From positions 65,534,001 to 65,598,000 of the forward strand of contig NC_043001.1 in assembly GCF_006345805.1 (NCBI RefSeq): a stretch of DNA of 64,000 nucleotides, written 5' to 3'. Origin of the DNA: Octopus sinensis. Taxonomy: Eukaryota. Both the position numbers and the translations under genes were made by a program. Positions within the stretch are counted from its first letter, which is position 1. The number at the start of each line of letters is the position of its first letter. The notes under the pieces were generated by a model. The model saw only the letters and a program-made list of their open reading frames with translations, was not told the DNA's origin and made no database searches. Of the stretch, positions 11,901 to 25,530 are shown piece by piece.

Positions 11901-14134
11901 AGAAAGTCATTAGATTAGTGGTGCAGGGTAGAAGACCCAGTTGAAGTTACCTGCTTCAAAATATGAGAAACAGAGAAAGAGAGAAAGCAGTGGTAACATC
12001 CTCCTCCTCCTCCTTATCATCATCATCAGCAGTAGCAGCAGCAACAACAACAGCAACCCAGCAAATCTCAGAAATAGGTACCGAGTATCAACTGTTGGAG
12101 ATCTAAGGATAACCCGAAAAAATTGTTGTCCTCAGTGCCAGAAACCGATAATCTAAGGAACAATCAGAAGATAGGGGATGGCGGTTGGTTGAAGAGGTAA
12201 AGATAGGACGAGAAGTGAAAAAAATACACAGATATTAAAATATTGGTCTAAACCCACATCGAATGTTCAGCATCATCTGAAACAAACATATTCAGAGAAG
12301 GGAGAATGTTTCTTGCCTCTACCAACAACAAAGACTGGCACTTTGAATGGGTGCAAGGTTCTAAAAACCAGGAGCGGATGCTCTGATACATGTGATGACT
12401 TTTTACCTGTTTAGAACTGGGTTGTTTTTACTGTGTGTATATATACGTATGTGTGTGCGTGTATTTGTTTTATCTAAATTTTAAATGTCTAAATATTTTG
12501 AATAATATTTGCCTTCATCCTCACACAACTGCCACAGCTGATCGTGTGATTTTCGTTCGTAGGACTCGTGGATTTAGCAGATGATGCCATTCTAAAAGAT
12601 GATTAGTGGAAGAAGGAAGAATAAGAAAATGTCCTTAACGTGGCGTCTGAGGTTGGAGGTGGGAATGGAAAGGAGAAAGTAAAAACATATATGCTGTTGA
12701 TAACAACTTCACTCTGAGTAAATAACCCAGCTGGAAGTCAATAGTCGCGAGTGAGTCTGGCAGAAAATAGAGCAGTCCCTACCAGAGACATTATACACAA
12801 GACAAGACACTGCCGTATCTAGATGTCGGCTTGTAGTGAAGAACCACTTGCACGAATACAATAACAATGAAAATCTTTTCCCTTAATAGCTCTTAATAAC
12901 ATCATGACGAACCTTAATTTCTTGTAGTAAAACTCAACACTTTTTTTTGTGAAGATAAATTCCTTGGAAGAAAAAAAAAATTGTATTTTGAGCCGATAAG
13001 AGAGTTTTTTTCGGTTCGCTAGAAATAACAACCAAATCTCCTTCCAATCATCTCTGGCTGTTTATGTCTACTTTATCACGGTTGGTCGGGGGTTAAACAA
13101 CAGCAGCGTCTTTGAAAGAGAAAGAGTACAGTTACTTTGATCTGCTTGATCTCTGAATGTTTGATGAGGCAAGGACCTTCGTTTGAGAAGACTTACTTCA
13201 GTATGTGTTGGAGGAATGTGATGAGGCGACACTGGACTGTCCTCTCTTGAGTACAGGTCTGGGTACGGCCTTATGGAAGACCAATAATTACATAAACAGC
13301 TAGTCGTCCCTCATCACATCACTATTGTTGTGGAAGATGAGGACATGGACCGATATAACTTGAGATCGGTATGATAGGACTTAGCAGAATAGAAGTAGAA
13401 AAAAAGGTCGGACAACCTTAGGGACTCCAGAACTTGATTTTCCATCGATTAAATAGAACAAAATACTTGGTTAATTTAATGCTATCTGAAATAGATATCA
13501 TTAACGCATTGTTATGAAATCAACCGAGAACCCAAGAACTAGGGTCTATTTCATTGACCCATGAAGAATGAAATGCAAAGTTTATATTGATCGAACTCTG
13601 AATCACGTGAATGAAACTACTCTAATTCCTTTTCTAAAATCATACTCACACACAACTAAACGCACACATCTCGCTCTCCTTCGCTCTCTTTCTCTCTATC
13701 TCTTTCTCACCTCTCGCACTCTGACTCATATCATGTTTGTTACAAATCACCCTTCGGCAGTTGTAATCCCTTACAACCTTACAACGCTTATTGCTATCCT
13801 TCAATAGACTTCTGTACACTTAATTTCAAAAGTCAATTTTCTAGCACATGAAAGGCTTCAACCTATGATTCCATACAACACAAGACGACGATCAGCCATT
13901 TCTTGCAATAGAAACTTGGTACAAGTAGTTCATCTCTGATTTCATGCATCATTTGTTGTACGAATACTCATACTCTCTACATATTGAAAGCATTAATATC
14001 TCCTTTGTATATATATATATATATATATATACCAACACACACACAAATACACATACATATATTTATAAATGAATATGCATATATATTTGCATATACATAC
14101 ATAAATATACATGTACATACGTTTGTATATATAT

Positions 14135-14202
<68 letters not shown>

Positions 14203-14219
14203 TATGTATGTATGTATAT

Positions 14220-14436
14220 TTCAAAATGTGACCGCATGTGTACCGTTGGCGATTTTTTCCCTCGGTCTTCCCTTCTTTGGATCTTTCCTTTTCCTATGTT
14301 TCTGACGAAGAGCTCCGCTCGAAACGTTAAACCCGCTTTCTTTCCTTCTTTCCTGAGCGTCCAATAATACTATACTTGTTCCACATCCTCGCGTTGTGTT
14401 TTCTCTTTGTGTTTTCATGTTTGAATTAACTATATA
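14220..14436 (+). mobile_element. Penelope pLTR-like fragment with minimal hammerhead at 14298-14332
   Basis: GTTT-CTGACGA-A-GAGCtccGCTC-GAAAC-GTT-AAAC. Related copies at 22380-22570 (-) and 30300-30492 (+). Confidence 0.7.
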
Positions 14437-14438
14437 TA

Positions 14439-15688
14439 CGAGGGGCGTTCAATAAGTAATGCCCCTGACCCACTTGCAGTTATTTGATCTAGCTGAAATT
14501 TTGCAAGTGCATTTATTCATACCTCTATAGATTAAGTGGCGAATTACAGCTCTGAACTAATTGTGGTTTCTGATTTACAGGTGTTTGAACTGAGTCAAGT
14601 GTGAAATGGAGCCTGTTGAGTGTCGAGCAGTGATCTGGTTTTTGTATTTGAAAGGACGCACACCACGGGAGACTTTTGATGAAGTGAAAGTAACTTATGG
14701 TGATGATGCCCCATCATATGACCTTGTGAATTCAAACATAGTCGGAACTCTGTGGAAACAGCTCCCAGATCTGGTCGCCCCCTTCTGCCGTTGATGAGAC
14801 GTCTGTCCGTCAAGTTGAGGCTGCCATTTTGGAAGGTCAACGCATAACTATTCGCCAAATAGCTCATAAGGTCAATATTAGTACCGGATCTGTGGAAACT
14901 ATCATTCATGACCATTTGCATATGCAAAAGGAGTCTGCCAGATGGATTTCCAGTTTGCTCACACCTTTCCAGAAGCAAGAACGCGTTGAGTGCTCGAGGA
15001 TGAATTTGGAGATGTGCCAAGAAGATATGTCAAAATTTTTCAAAAGACTGATCACACAGGATAAAACCTGGGTCCATCACTATGATCCATAGACCAAAGC
15101 CCAGTCAATGCAGTGAAAGCACCGTGACTCACCTCCTCCAAAGAAGGCAAGGGTGCAGCCCTCCGCTGACAAGGTCATGCTCACATTCTGGGACCAGGAC
15201 GGAGTAGTGATGACAGATTTCCTGGCAAAGGGTACCACAATTACAGGAGCCTATTATGCTTCACTTTTGAGGAAATTAAGAGAAGCTATCAAAATCAAGA
15301 GGCGGGGAAAGATCAGCAAAGGCATCCTCCTCCTGCAGGTCAACGCTCCGGTCCACAACTCGCGTGTCGCTAGATCAGAAGCACAGGCGTACAGCTATGA
15401 ACTCCTCCCCTTGCACCCTCTGATTTTCACCTCTTCCCAGCCATGAAGTTGATTTTCAAAGGAAAGCGTTTCCCAGATGATGCAGCCTTGATTTCTGAAG
15501 TCACGTCGTGGTTGGAGGACCAAGTTGGGGTCTTCTACAAAAACGGTCTCCAGAGCTGTATCAAACGATGGGAGAAATGCATAACTCTGGGTAGTTCCTA
15601 TGTAGGAAAAGACTAATAACTGTGCCAAGTGTCGTTGCTCTACTGCTATGGGAAGTGGGTCAGGGGCATTACTTATTGAACGCCCCTC

Positions 15689-15689
<1 letters not shown>
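14439..15689 (+). mobile_element. Mariner DNA transposon, full length, inactive
   Basis: Perfect 37-bp TIRs CGAGGGGCGTTCAATAAGTAATGCCCCTGACCCACTT at 14439-14475 and 15653-15689, flanked by TA. Confidence 0.95.
14606..15616 (+). pseudogene. Mariner transposase, frameshifted
   Basis: HTH N-terminus; ITQDKTWVHHYDP; KVMLTFWDQDGVV; QVNAPVH (second catalytic D lost); YSPDL region damaged; split over three ORFs. Confidence 0.92.
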
Positions 15690-15737
<48 letters not shown>

Positions 15738-15857
15738 CACCTCCCTACACACATATATATTTCCGAATTTGTGTAAATGCGTATAGAATAATATTGAATA
15801 AGGTCTGGTTTCCACGATCAATTTTCTTCTTTAGTAGTCCATATCTGCAGAAGAAAA

Positions 15858-16181
15858 ATGTGGACAGATTTTCACAAATGCAGAAATTTGATCTACTGCT
15901 TTAAATGCCGTAATTGCGAGGAACTAAACATTGGCGAGACGGGGAATGTATTATCTGAACGCTCACGAGTTCACAGACAACAAATCCGGAACACTAATGT
16001 TCGCCAAATTCCATTGAGCGAATATATAGAAACACGTAGTCAGAAAATGTTTCTAATTTTTCCTTTCCGCAAACTACATGGCACAAGTGAGGTTGGAAGA
16101 AAGATAAAAAAAAAACGTCACATTAAAATGTTCAAACCTGTTTTGAATGGAAATAACATCAATAATATAACAGCCAGTTAA
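15858..16181 (+). pseudogene. Penelope-like element GIY-YIG endonuclease C-terminal fragment
   Basis: NLIYCFKCRNCEELNIGETGNVLSERSRVHRQQIR...IKMFKPVLN: GIY/YIG-type motifs with intervening CxxC, typical of PLE endonucleases. Confidence 0.85.
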
Positions 16182-16510
16182 CGATGTGGATTAAAAATTA
16201 TTGTTAACATATGACTATAAACAAATTACAGAAGTCTCCCACCGACTGAAATAAAAACGATTGAAAGAACTAAGTTTGCTCACTTATAAAACCGTTACAT
16301 GTAAACCGCAAGCTAGTTGGTTAAAATAAAGGCGGAAATATATGCCAGTAATATCGGTGCGCCCGACAAACCGTGATGTTTAAGTTGCATGCTGATTGGT
16401 CAAGACCGTATTTGAAAAATTCAGCTTCTAAAAGGTATAAAAATGAATAAGTCAGTCATTTTATTCCAGTTGTCAATAACTCAACTCAACTGTCAGTCAA
16501 TACATTTTGA

Positions 16511-16548
16511 AGTCTGATGATTACTACGAACGTATGAAAGCGCTAATT
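16511..16548 (+). ncRNA. Degenerate minimal hammerhead downstream of the GIY-YIG ORF
   Basis: AGT-CTGATGA-tTAC..GTAt-GAAAGCGCTA-ATT: palindromic AGCGCT helix III, CTA triplet, weak 3-bp helix I. Confidence 0.55.
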
Positions 16549-16671
16549 GAACTTTATAAACATTACTAAATATTTTTTAATGTTTAACAAACTTCAACAT
16601 TGTAAAAAAAATTGTTTTTGAAAACCATAATAAAAAATGTGAAAACCAGACCATGTTGTAATTTTATTCAC

Positions 16672-16712
<41 letters not shown>

Positions 16713-17649
16713 CGTGTAAATATTGTGTTAAAAACATTTGAATAAAAAAAGGCGACTTTTCTATCCCAATATTTATCCTAAGGGCGGCGAACTGGCAGGA
16801 TCATTAGCACCCTTGTTGATGTAATCGACTGATCTCCATCTCCCGAAATTATTGGCCTTGTGGCAAAATTTGAAACCAATATTTATCTTATTCCTTTTTT
16901 ATTTTTTTTACTTGTTTCAGTCATTTTGACTTGCGGCCGAGGTCGGTCAGAGAGGCGGGTACCCATAGTTGAGGTGCTAAATTGAACGTCAGCAGCACAT
17001 AGCTATTGGTAGAGCAAACTACACAGTGCTTCTGTCAGGATTACAGTTTGGGGATTACTTGCTCCCTTACTAGCACAAGTCATTGAAAACCAATAATGGA
17101 TCAAGTCTGCTGTTGTTTCTCTTCTCTAAACCAGCAGTTCTATGTAAATATCTACATAGAATAATTCGCGCGCGCAGAAATATTAAAACATTTATCCATC
17201 CGTCCGCCCATCCATCCATCCATCTATCCATCCATCCATCCATCCATCCATCCATCCACCCATCCATCCGTCCATCCATACAATATTCAGATAGTACAAT
17301 ACATACATACATACATACATACATACATACATACATACATACATACATACATACATACATACATTAGTACATACTTCGAGAGATAGGAAATAAATCAGTG
17401 GAACTCATATTACATAAAGGTCTAAATAATAGCATGTAGAATATTGGATTAAAGCCACTCTGCCATAGGGAAGCAATCAAGCTTTTTTTCTATTCAAGGG
17501 CGTTTTAAATCAATATTCTACATACTAATATTTATCGCTTTATTTATCTCAGCTTCCACATAGAAAACGATTGCATGTATGTATGTATGTATGTATGTAT
17601 GTATGTATGTATGTATGTGTATATACACATACAAACATACACTATGCAA

Positions 17650-18885
17650 CAAAGACCTGTCATTAGCTCCTTAAATTCCACGCCTTCAATAGATGAGGTA
17701 ATGACAGCAATAAGTAAAGTGAATCTTGGTAAAGCACCTGGTAAGAATAGTATTTGTGCTGAGGTCCTGCGATTTGGTGGTGACCACATCTCACAATCCC
17801 TTCATGAACTTAATGTTACCTGGAGGGATGGTGTAATGCTTAAGGACTTAAAGGTTGCAATTATTTTTCCTCTCTATAAAGGAAAGGGAACCAGAGTAGA
17901 GTGTGGCAACTACAGAGGTATGGAAAATTTTTGGCAAACTTGGATGTATCAATAATCACTTTGTATGAATAATCAAATCCTTTCATGATGGGATAGATGT
18001 TTAGGTCACTGTTGGTGGTGGCATGGCTGAACCCATTCCTGTAGAGAATGATGTCAAGCAGGGTGACATCCTTGCCCCAATTTTCTCTTTTCTCTGTACT
18101 TTGCTGCTACTCCTACTCATACCTTTGCTGTGGACAGCTCTCCTGGGATATATATCAGGTATCGGTCTTCTGGACATCTTTTTCCAGTCTCTTATTCGGG
18201 ACCTCCTTTATGCAGATGACTGTGACTTACTTACTCATACAGCAGATAATAGCAAATACTTGCGAGTCATACTTCTGCTCTTTGAAAGATATTTGGACTC
18301 AGCATTAGCCCGGTCAAAACTGTTGTAATGTTCCAGCCTGTACCAGGAAGCCCATATGTGGAACAAGCTATCTTGGTTGAAAGAACAATGACAAGTTTAT
18401 CTACCCGGGCAACCAACTCAGCCGCTCTTACTCACTGGATGATGAAATATCTTTCAGGTTGCAGAGAACAATTGATTCCTTCAGATCTCTTGAGTTTCGG
18501 GTCTGGTCCCATCATGGCATTACAAGGCGAATAAAAATTGTTATGTACCGTACATATGCACTGACATCGCTCCTTTACTCGTGTGAGACATGAACTCTTT
18601 ACAAACATCATGTAAAGGTCCTTGAACGCTTTCATCAGATATGTCTGAAACATATTCTGCATATTGGCTCGACCTTAAAAACTCTAGATACACATGTCCT
18701 GAGGAAAGCCGATGTCCTGAGTATTGAGGCGATGGTGCACAAAACCGGTTACGTTGGATTTGGACACCTTGTTAGAATGAATGATAACAAGATCCCTAGA
18801 CAGATGCTGTATGGGGAACTTGTTAGTGGAAAGTGACCCCGGCAGAAGCCAAGACTGCGATTTAAGGACTGTGTAAAGTCTTGAG
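17650..18885 (+). pseudogene. RTE (BovB-like) LINE reverse-transcriptase remnant
   Basis: KAPGKNSICAEVL, LYKGKG..CGNYRG, VKQGDILAP, LLYADD, GHLVRM, IPRQMLYGEL; multiple frameshifts. Confidence 0.88.
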
Positions 18886-18936
18886 CGCACAATGTTCCTG
18901 AGGATCAGTAATGTTTACCTCGGTCACGAGTGGACG

Positions 18937-18995
<59 letters not shown>

Positions 18996-19104
18996 AGTAC
19001 ACACACACACACACACACACATATTCGTTACTTAATGTTGGACGAATGAGAAAGGAGTGCTCAACATAAGTGGTAGAGGATATGGGGTTTTGTTTTTGAT
19101 TTTA

Positions 19105-19237
19105 AAAACTGAAGTTGAGTGTTTATCTGGCGACTCGAGTTTCACGCCTTTGCGATCTTCAAGTAAAAAGAGCTTTCGCCTGAAGTTCGCCCTGGCGGGA
19201 AACTCGACTCGCAAAATAAACACTCAGCTTCAGTTTT
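19105..19237. repeat. Long imperfect hairpin (MITE-like)
   Basis: AAAACTGAAGTTGAGTGTTTAT pairs with ATAAACACTCAGCTTCAGTTTT, and GCGACTCGAGTTTCACGCC pairs with GGCGGGAAACTCGACTCGC. Confidence 0.8.
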
Positions 19238-19763
19238 AACAAAAAAGGCTACAAACACACATATACATATGCATAATGGTGATGTGCTGGAGCAGCTATT
19301 AGTCTGCTTACAGGCAGAATATAGGAAGTTCGAACGCTTTAGTACGATATCTAATTTTAGGCACAAGCAATCTCGTCAATTTGTTCATCCCCACAGCGTA
19401 ATGCCTTGAGCAAGTGTTTTCTACAATACCCCGAATCGAGTACCTCCAAGTGAGTGACATTTTGTACACGGAAACTGTGTGGAAACCTATGTGCACGTGG
19501 GCATATATATGTGTGTGCATTTACACACGCACACTCGCGCGCGCGCACATATGAGGCCGAGTAAGGAAGTTTTTAAAGAGTCGCTCGAGTAGCTACCTTT
19601 CAAATTTACTTCCACTCACCCCTACTGTCATGGTTCGTTCTACGACACAGTGCGGCCGTGAGAGTATTATGCGCATCTTCATATTGTTGTAAATTTTACG
19701 GAAAACAGTTATCAAAGTTATTTGAAAGCCGAGATAGTTGTACATATTGCACTTTATCACAAA

Positions 19764-20269
19764 CTAGCAGTATCGCCCGGCGTTGCTCGGGTTTGTAAGG
19801 GAAATAACTATATAAGCATTTTTAGAGAGTTACTTCCCTTATAGATGCCAATTCGGGCTTTCTTAGCCATTTCTGTTTTGGTGTCTTCAAGCCATGAAGT
19901 CGTTGTTCTAAAAGAACGCTGGTCTCCTTGACAACGCTTTACGACGTTGATTTCCTTACACTCCCTTCCCCACAGCTTCACGAGGGAGGGAAGAAGGGGA
20001 TAAGCAAACAGGTGCAGGTGTGACCATGGACGCCAACTCCGCCGCCATCGACACACGAAAAATTATGCATTAAAATGGAATAAAAAATGATTTATTTTTA
20101 AAATCGTAGACTCATCGTAAACGCGCGCTAATACTCAGAAGGGCTCGATATGAATCACGACTATAAGATACCCAGTTTTGGTTAAACTGCACCGCAAAAT
20201 GTGGGAGTAGTTAGGAATCTAAATCGAAGGGGACAGACACTCACACAACTACAGTTTTATATATATAGA
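19764..20269 (-). mobile_element. Non-autonomous Helitron
   Basis: Minus strand 5' TCTATATATATAAAA; 3' CCCGAGCAACGCCGGG hairpin followed by CTAG; sits between A and T with no TSD. Confidence 0.88.
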
Positions 20270-20572
20270 TATATGCACATTTACGACACAGTGCATAAAA
20301 ACTAGTTTCTATTTTCTATTTTGTAACTACTTCAACAACACGCGGCACACACGTGAGCCATATGTAACACACAAGTGTGACGAATCTCGTGAGTTGAAGA
20401 GTCTTGATCTACACAATAGGCAACAAGAATGGTTGGTTACGCTTGGAAGGCGTTCGGCCTGGGGCTAAATAATAACAACTACAATAAAAACCCTTCACGC
20501 TAGAAATAATAACTAAATTGATGCGCGTGTGCGCCTGTATGTATATATATATATATAATAACACACACACAT

Positions 20573-20628
<56 letters not shown>

Positions 20629-20974
20629 AATGGCGGTGCCCCAGCATGGCCACAGCTCATAAGCTGAAACTAGAATCAATCAATCATATATGTGTGTGTG
20701 TGTGTATGTGTCCATATGTTGGCAGAGGACGTCATGAAACGTGTACAACAAAAAAGTAGGAAGCATATATATATGTATATATATTTTAGTATACATTCGA
20801 TCCTTTTTCCAAGAAATCTAATGCTCGTAGCGATCTCAAGATTAATCAGCCGAAATTGCGAGGATGATCCGGTTCTTGACTGAAGATTGAAGGCTTCGAA
20901 TGTCCCGTCCGTGTTTTTTGTATCGTCTTCTAAATGTTTTACGTTCTTGTCCCAGTTCGTATTTTTCTACATAT

Positions 20975-21053
<79 letters not shown>

Positions 21054-21117
21054 GTATGTATGTGGGTGTGTGTGTGTGCGTATATATATATGTGTGTGTG
21101 TGTGTGTATGTCTGTGT

Positions 21118-21527
21118 AGGCGCAGGAGTGGCTGTGTGGTAAGTAGCTTGTTTACCAACCACATGGTTACGGGTTAAGTCCCACTGCGTGGCACCTAGGG
21201 CAAGTGCCTTCTACTATAGCGTCGGGCCGACCAAAGCCTTGTGAGTGGATTTGGTAGACGGAAACTGAAAGAAGCCTGTCGTATATATGTATATATATAT
21301 GTATGTGTGTGTATATGTTTGTGTGTCTGTGTTTGTCCCTCTAGCATTGCTTGACAACTGATGCTGGTGTGTTTACGTCCCCGTCACTTAGCGGTTCGGC
21401 AAAAGAGACCGATAGAATAAGTACTGGGCTTACAAAGAATAAGTCCCGGGGTCGATTTGCTCGACTAAAGGCGGTGCTCTAGCATGGCCGCAGTCAAATG
21501 ACTGAAACAACTAAAAGAGTAAAGAGT
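21118..21527 (+). mobile_element. SINE family A
   Basis: Near-identical to 8247-8630. Confidence 0.9.
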
Positions 21528-21889
21528 ATATATACTTTTATATATATATATATAGGGAGAATTCACAAAAATACAAACAACAAACAGATGTATTAGTATA
21601 TATATATATATAAATATATAATATATTATAATATATAGATATATATATACATACATATATACATATATACATATATATAAGGATATTGTTTATGACAAAA
21701 TCAGTACTTAACATGCGTGAACAACCAAAAAGTTAATAATTATTGATTAATAATGGAGGGTACTCGAGATAGCACAGCATGCTAAAATAGCAGGCAACAA
21801 TGAATTAAGACCACAACTTTTCAATTAAATACAAAAGTAAAATCGGAAGATTTTTATAAATATATATATATATTATAAATATATATATA

Positions 21890-21936
<47 letters not shown>

Positions 21937-21944
21937 GTGTATAT

Positions 21945-22346
21945 AGGCGCAGGAGTGGCTGTGTGGTAAGTAGCTTGTTTACCAACCACATGGTTACGGG
22001 TTCAGTCCCAATGCGTAGCACCTTGGGCAAGTGTCTTCTACTATAACCTCGGGCCGACCAAAGCCTTGTGAGTGGATTTGGTAGACGGAAACTGAAAGAA
22101 GCCTGTCGTATATATGTATATATATGCGTGTGTGTGTTTGTGTGTCTGAGTTTGTACCCTAGCATTGCTTGACAACCGATGCTGGTGTGTTTATGTCCCC
22201 GTTACTTAGCGGTTCGGCAAAAGAGACCGATAGAATAAGTACTGGGCTTACAAAAGAATAAGTCCCGGTGTCGAGTTGCTCGATTAAAGGCGGTGCTCCA
22301 GCATGGCCGCAGTCAAATGACTGAAACAAGTAAAATAGTAAAAGAG
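21945..22346 (+). mobile_element. SINE family A
   Basis: Near-identical to 8247-8630. Confidence 0.9.
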
Positions 22347-22478
22347 TATATATATATATATATAAGTATATATTTATATATATAACGGGAAGGTTTACGA
22401 AAATAAACAAAAGACGAAGGCAGGTGGAGTACAAACAAATGTATTAGTATGGCGCTCAGGAATAGAAATAGAACAAGT

Positions 22479-22514
22479 CTTTTATGTTTCGAGCCTACGC
22501 TCTTCGTCAGAAAG
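22479..22514 (-). ncRNA. Minimal hammerhead (decayed) in a pLTR-like fragment
   Basis: Minus strand CTTT-CTGACGA-A-GAGCgtagGCTC-GAAAC-ATA-AAAG; the G of the GTA triplet appears mutated to A. Confidence 0.6.
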
Positions 22515-22666
22515 ATACACAGAAAAAACAAGGAGAGAAAAAAATGCGTGTAGGAGCTAACGCTATATATATACATACATATGTATATAAGTATATATAT
22601 ATATATTTTTTTTTTTTGTACTTGTTTCAGTCATTTGACTGCGGCCATGCTGGAGCACCGCCTTTA

Positions 22667-22835
22667 GAGTGGTGAAAGAGTACAGCAGGGAACACCACCA
22701 TCCCCTGCCGGAGCCTCGTGGAGCTTTTAGGTGTTTTCGCTTAATAAACACACACAACGCCCGGTCTGGGAATCAAAACCGCGATCCTCCGACCGCAAGT
22801 CCGCTGCCCTAACCACTGGGCCATTGCGCCTCCAC
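22667..22835 (-). mobile_element. tRNA-derived SINE, family C
   Basis: Minus strand GGAGGCGCAATGGCCCAGTGGTTAGGGCAGCGGACT...GATTCCCAG: A-box and B-box-like head followed by non-tRNA body. Confidence 0.8.
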
Positions 22836-22879
22836 ACACCAACACACACACACATATATATATTATATATATATAGATT

Positions 22880-22951
<72 letters not shown>

Positions 22952-22958
22952 TATATAT

Positions 22959-22992
<34 letters not shown>

Positions 22993-23239
22993 AATTTATA
23001 TAAATAAGGATATGATCATTATTTAAAATACCGATCTTATCAGATGGCTAGCATGGGAATAAAACCACAAAGGTAATAATATCATTAAAATATAATTAAG
23101 GGTATCTAAGAGATACCACCATGCTAGAAATAGCAGCCAAATCTTGACTCTAAACTGTGGTTTAAGAGTCAAGTATATATATAACATATGTATATATATA
23201 CAAATGTAATTACAAACGTACATACATACATGTAAGTAA

Positions 23240-23287
<48 letters not shown>

Positions 23288-24038
23288 TATATATACATTT
23301 ACTTACATGTTATGTATGTACGTTGTAAGTACATTTGTTCCGCGGTACAGTGTTTCAGTAGTTACAATGAGGAGTGACAACAGCAACAGTACCAATACTG
23401 TATTGTATAGCTTACACACACATACACACTCACACACACACACACACACTCACACACATACACACACACACACAAAAGAAAAACAAAAACAACCTGGAAG
23501 GTAAACACGTTATAAGGCCGTGATGGCAGTCGTGGTGGTGAATACTGTGGCTGCTAGTATTACTCTGATTTACCTTAATCTACATTACAGTGCTTTACCA
23601 CCTGACATACCTACTAACTTCTAAACATCGTGCTCACATACCGTGTCTCTGTATATAAAACAAGGCAGAGCTCCACATGGCCTTAACCGTCATGGAGAAT
23701 AGAAGCTAGATAGACAGGTATACACATACGCACGTATTTATATATACATTGATAATATATAATAAATGTAACTCCATGTATTTATATGTATTTATTTATA
23801 AGTGTGCGTGTGGTGTGTGTATATGTTTGCGCGCGCATATCAATGTATACACACTTATACTTATATACACACAATACACCATGCTGCCGAATGACCCACC
23901 GTGTTAATACAACTTAAATTACAGCTTTAACACAAATACGGTTCACCAAGTATTGAGTATCTATGTATAATATTCCTTATAAAAACAACTTGTGTGTATG
24001 TGTGTGCATGTATATATATATATATATATATATTATAT

Positions 24039-24072
<34 letters not shown>

Positions 24073-24074
<2 letters not shown>

Positions 24075-24228
24075 GCGTGGTTGTGTTGTAAGTTGCTTGC
24101 TTCCCAACCACATGATTCTGTGTTCAATCCCACTGCGTTATACTTTGGGCAAGTGTCTCCTGCTATAGCCTCGGGCCGACCAAAGCCTTGTAAGTGGATA
24201 TGGTAGACGAAATTGAGAGAAGCCCGTC

Positions 24229-24273
<45 letters not shown>

Positions 24274-24533
24274 TATATATGTATGTATGTATGTATGTAT
24301 GTGTATGTATGTATGTATGTATGTATGTATACGTTTGTGCGTCTGTGTTTGTCTTCCATCATCGCTTGACAACCGGTGTTGGTGTGTTTACGACCCCGTA
24401 CTTGGTGGTTCGGCAAAAGTGACCGATAGAATAAGTACTAGGCTTAGAAAGAATAAGTCCTGGTGTCGATTTGTTCGACTAAAGGCAGTGTTCCAGCATG
24501 GCTGCAGTCAAATGACTGGAACAAATAAAAGAA
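24073..24533 (+). mobile_element. SINE family A (diverged)
   Basis: Same head, body and tail with an expanded internal microsatellite. Confidence 0.85.
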
Positions 24534-24910
24534 TATATATATTTTATACGCGCGCGCGCACACACACACACACACATACACATAAATATTTACATTTATA
24601 AATACACTCGCGCATATATAGATATGTATGTAAGTAAGTATGTATGTATATAATGTAATGCATATATGTTTGTATGTTTGTATGTGTATTGCAAATCAGT
24701 GCTAATTAACAGTTGTAGCTAACACGATAATATGAGACGTTCATAATTGTCGCAACAGTTAATTAGCCTTAATATAATGAAAACGCTACTACGGTGCGAC
24801 TTCTACTTATACACAAGCGCGCAAAATATGAGCTTGTTTATGCGTGCGTGCGTGTGTGTGTGTGTGTGTGTCTGTGTGTGTTTGTGTATTATATATATGT
24901 GTGTGTGTGT

Positions 24911-24960
<50 letters not shown>

Positions 24961-24962
24961 CT

Positions 24963-24998
<36 letters not shown>

Positions 24999-25488
24999 AG
25001 TATATATTCTGAGAAAAAGGGAAGGGAAAGACAGACAGTACAGAAGTTGAATAAAAAAAGTTTGATAACTAAATATAGGTTATTTCGTTTTTGGATTTGG
25101 TTTGCAAGATTCTTTATATGAGTTCGTTTATGTGAGTCAAGACTATTGAAAAGGTTGCAAGACGCAACGAAAATTTTAGGAAAATAAAAAGAAATATGTG
25201 GAAATTTTACCGGTGAGTGTGTTAAATAATAAGGTACTAAAAGAGAATGACTCTCCCCAGACACAACTAAATATAGGTTAGTTGTTCAGTAAGTCTAACA
25301 ACACATTAACACTGTTAGTTGCTGTAATAAATTTAATATAGATTTTATTTTTGTATGAAAGAAATGATTAAACAATCTAGACATACATAGGCAAGACAGT
25401 TTTCATTGTTGCAGTGTATGAATGTATGTATGTATGTATGTATGTATGTATGTATGTATGTATGTATGTATGTATGTATGTATGTATG

Positions 25489-25530
<42 letters not shown>

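Noticed and set aside
20875-20910. CTGAAGA...GAAT-GTC hammerhead-like text, also near 25715
   Set aside because: No GAAA and no convincing helix I or II; at best an eroded remnant.
22760-22835. tRNA gene candidate
   Set aside because: The tRNA-like head continues into a SINE body and no complete cloverleaf was evident.
23510-23620. Faint resemblance to miR-8/miR-12 family seeds
   Set aside because: No full mature-sequence match and no convincing precursor hairpin.
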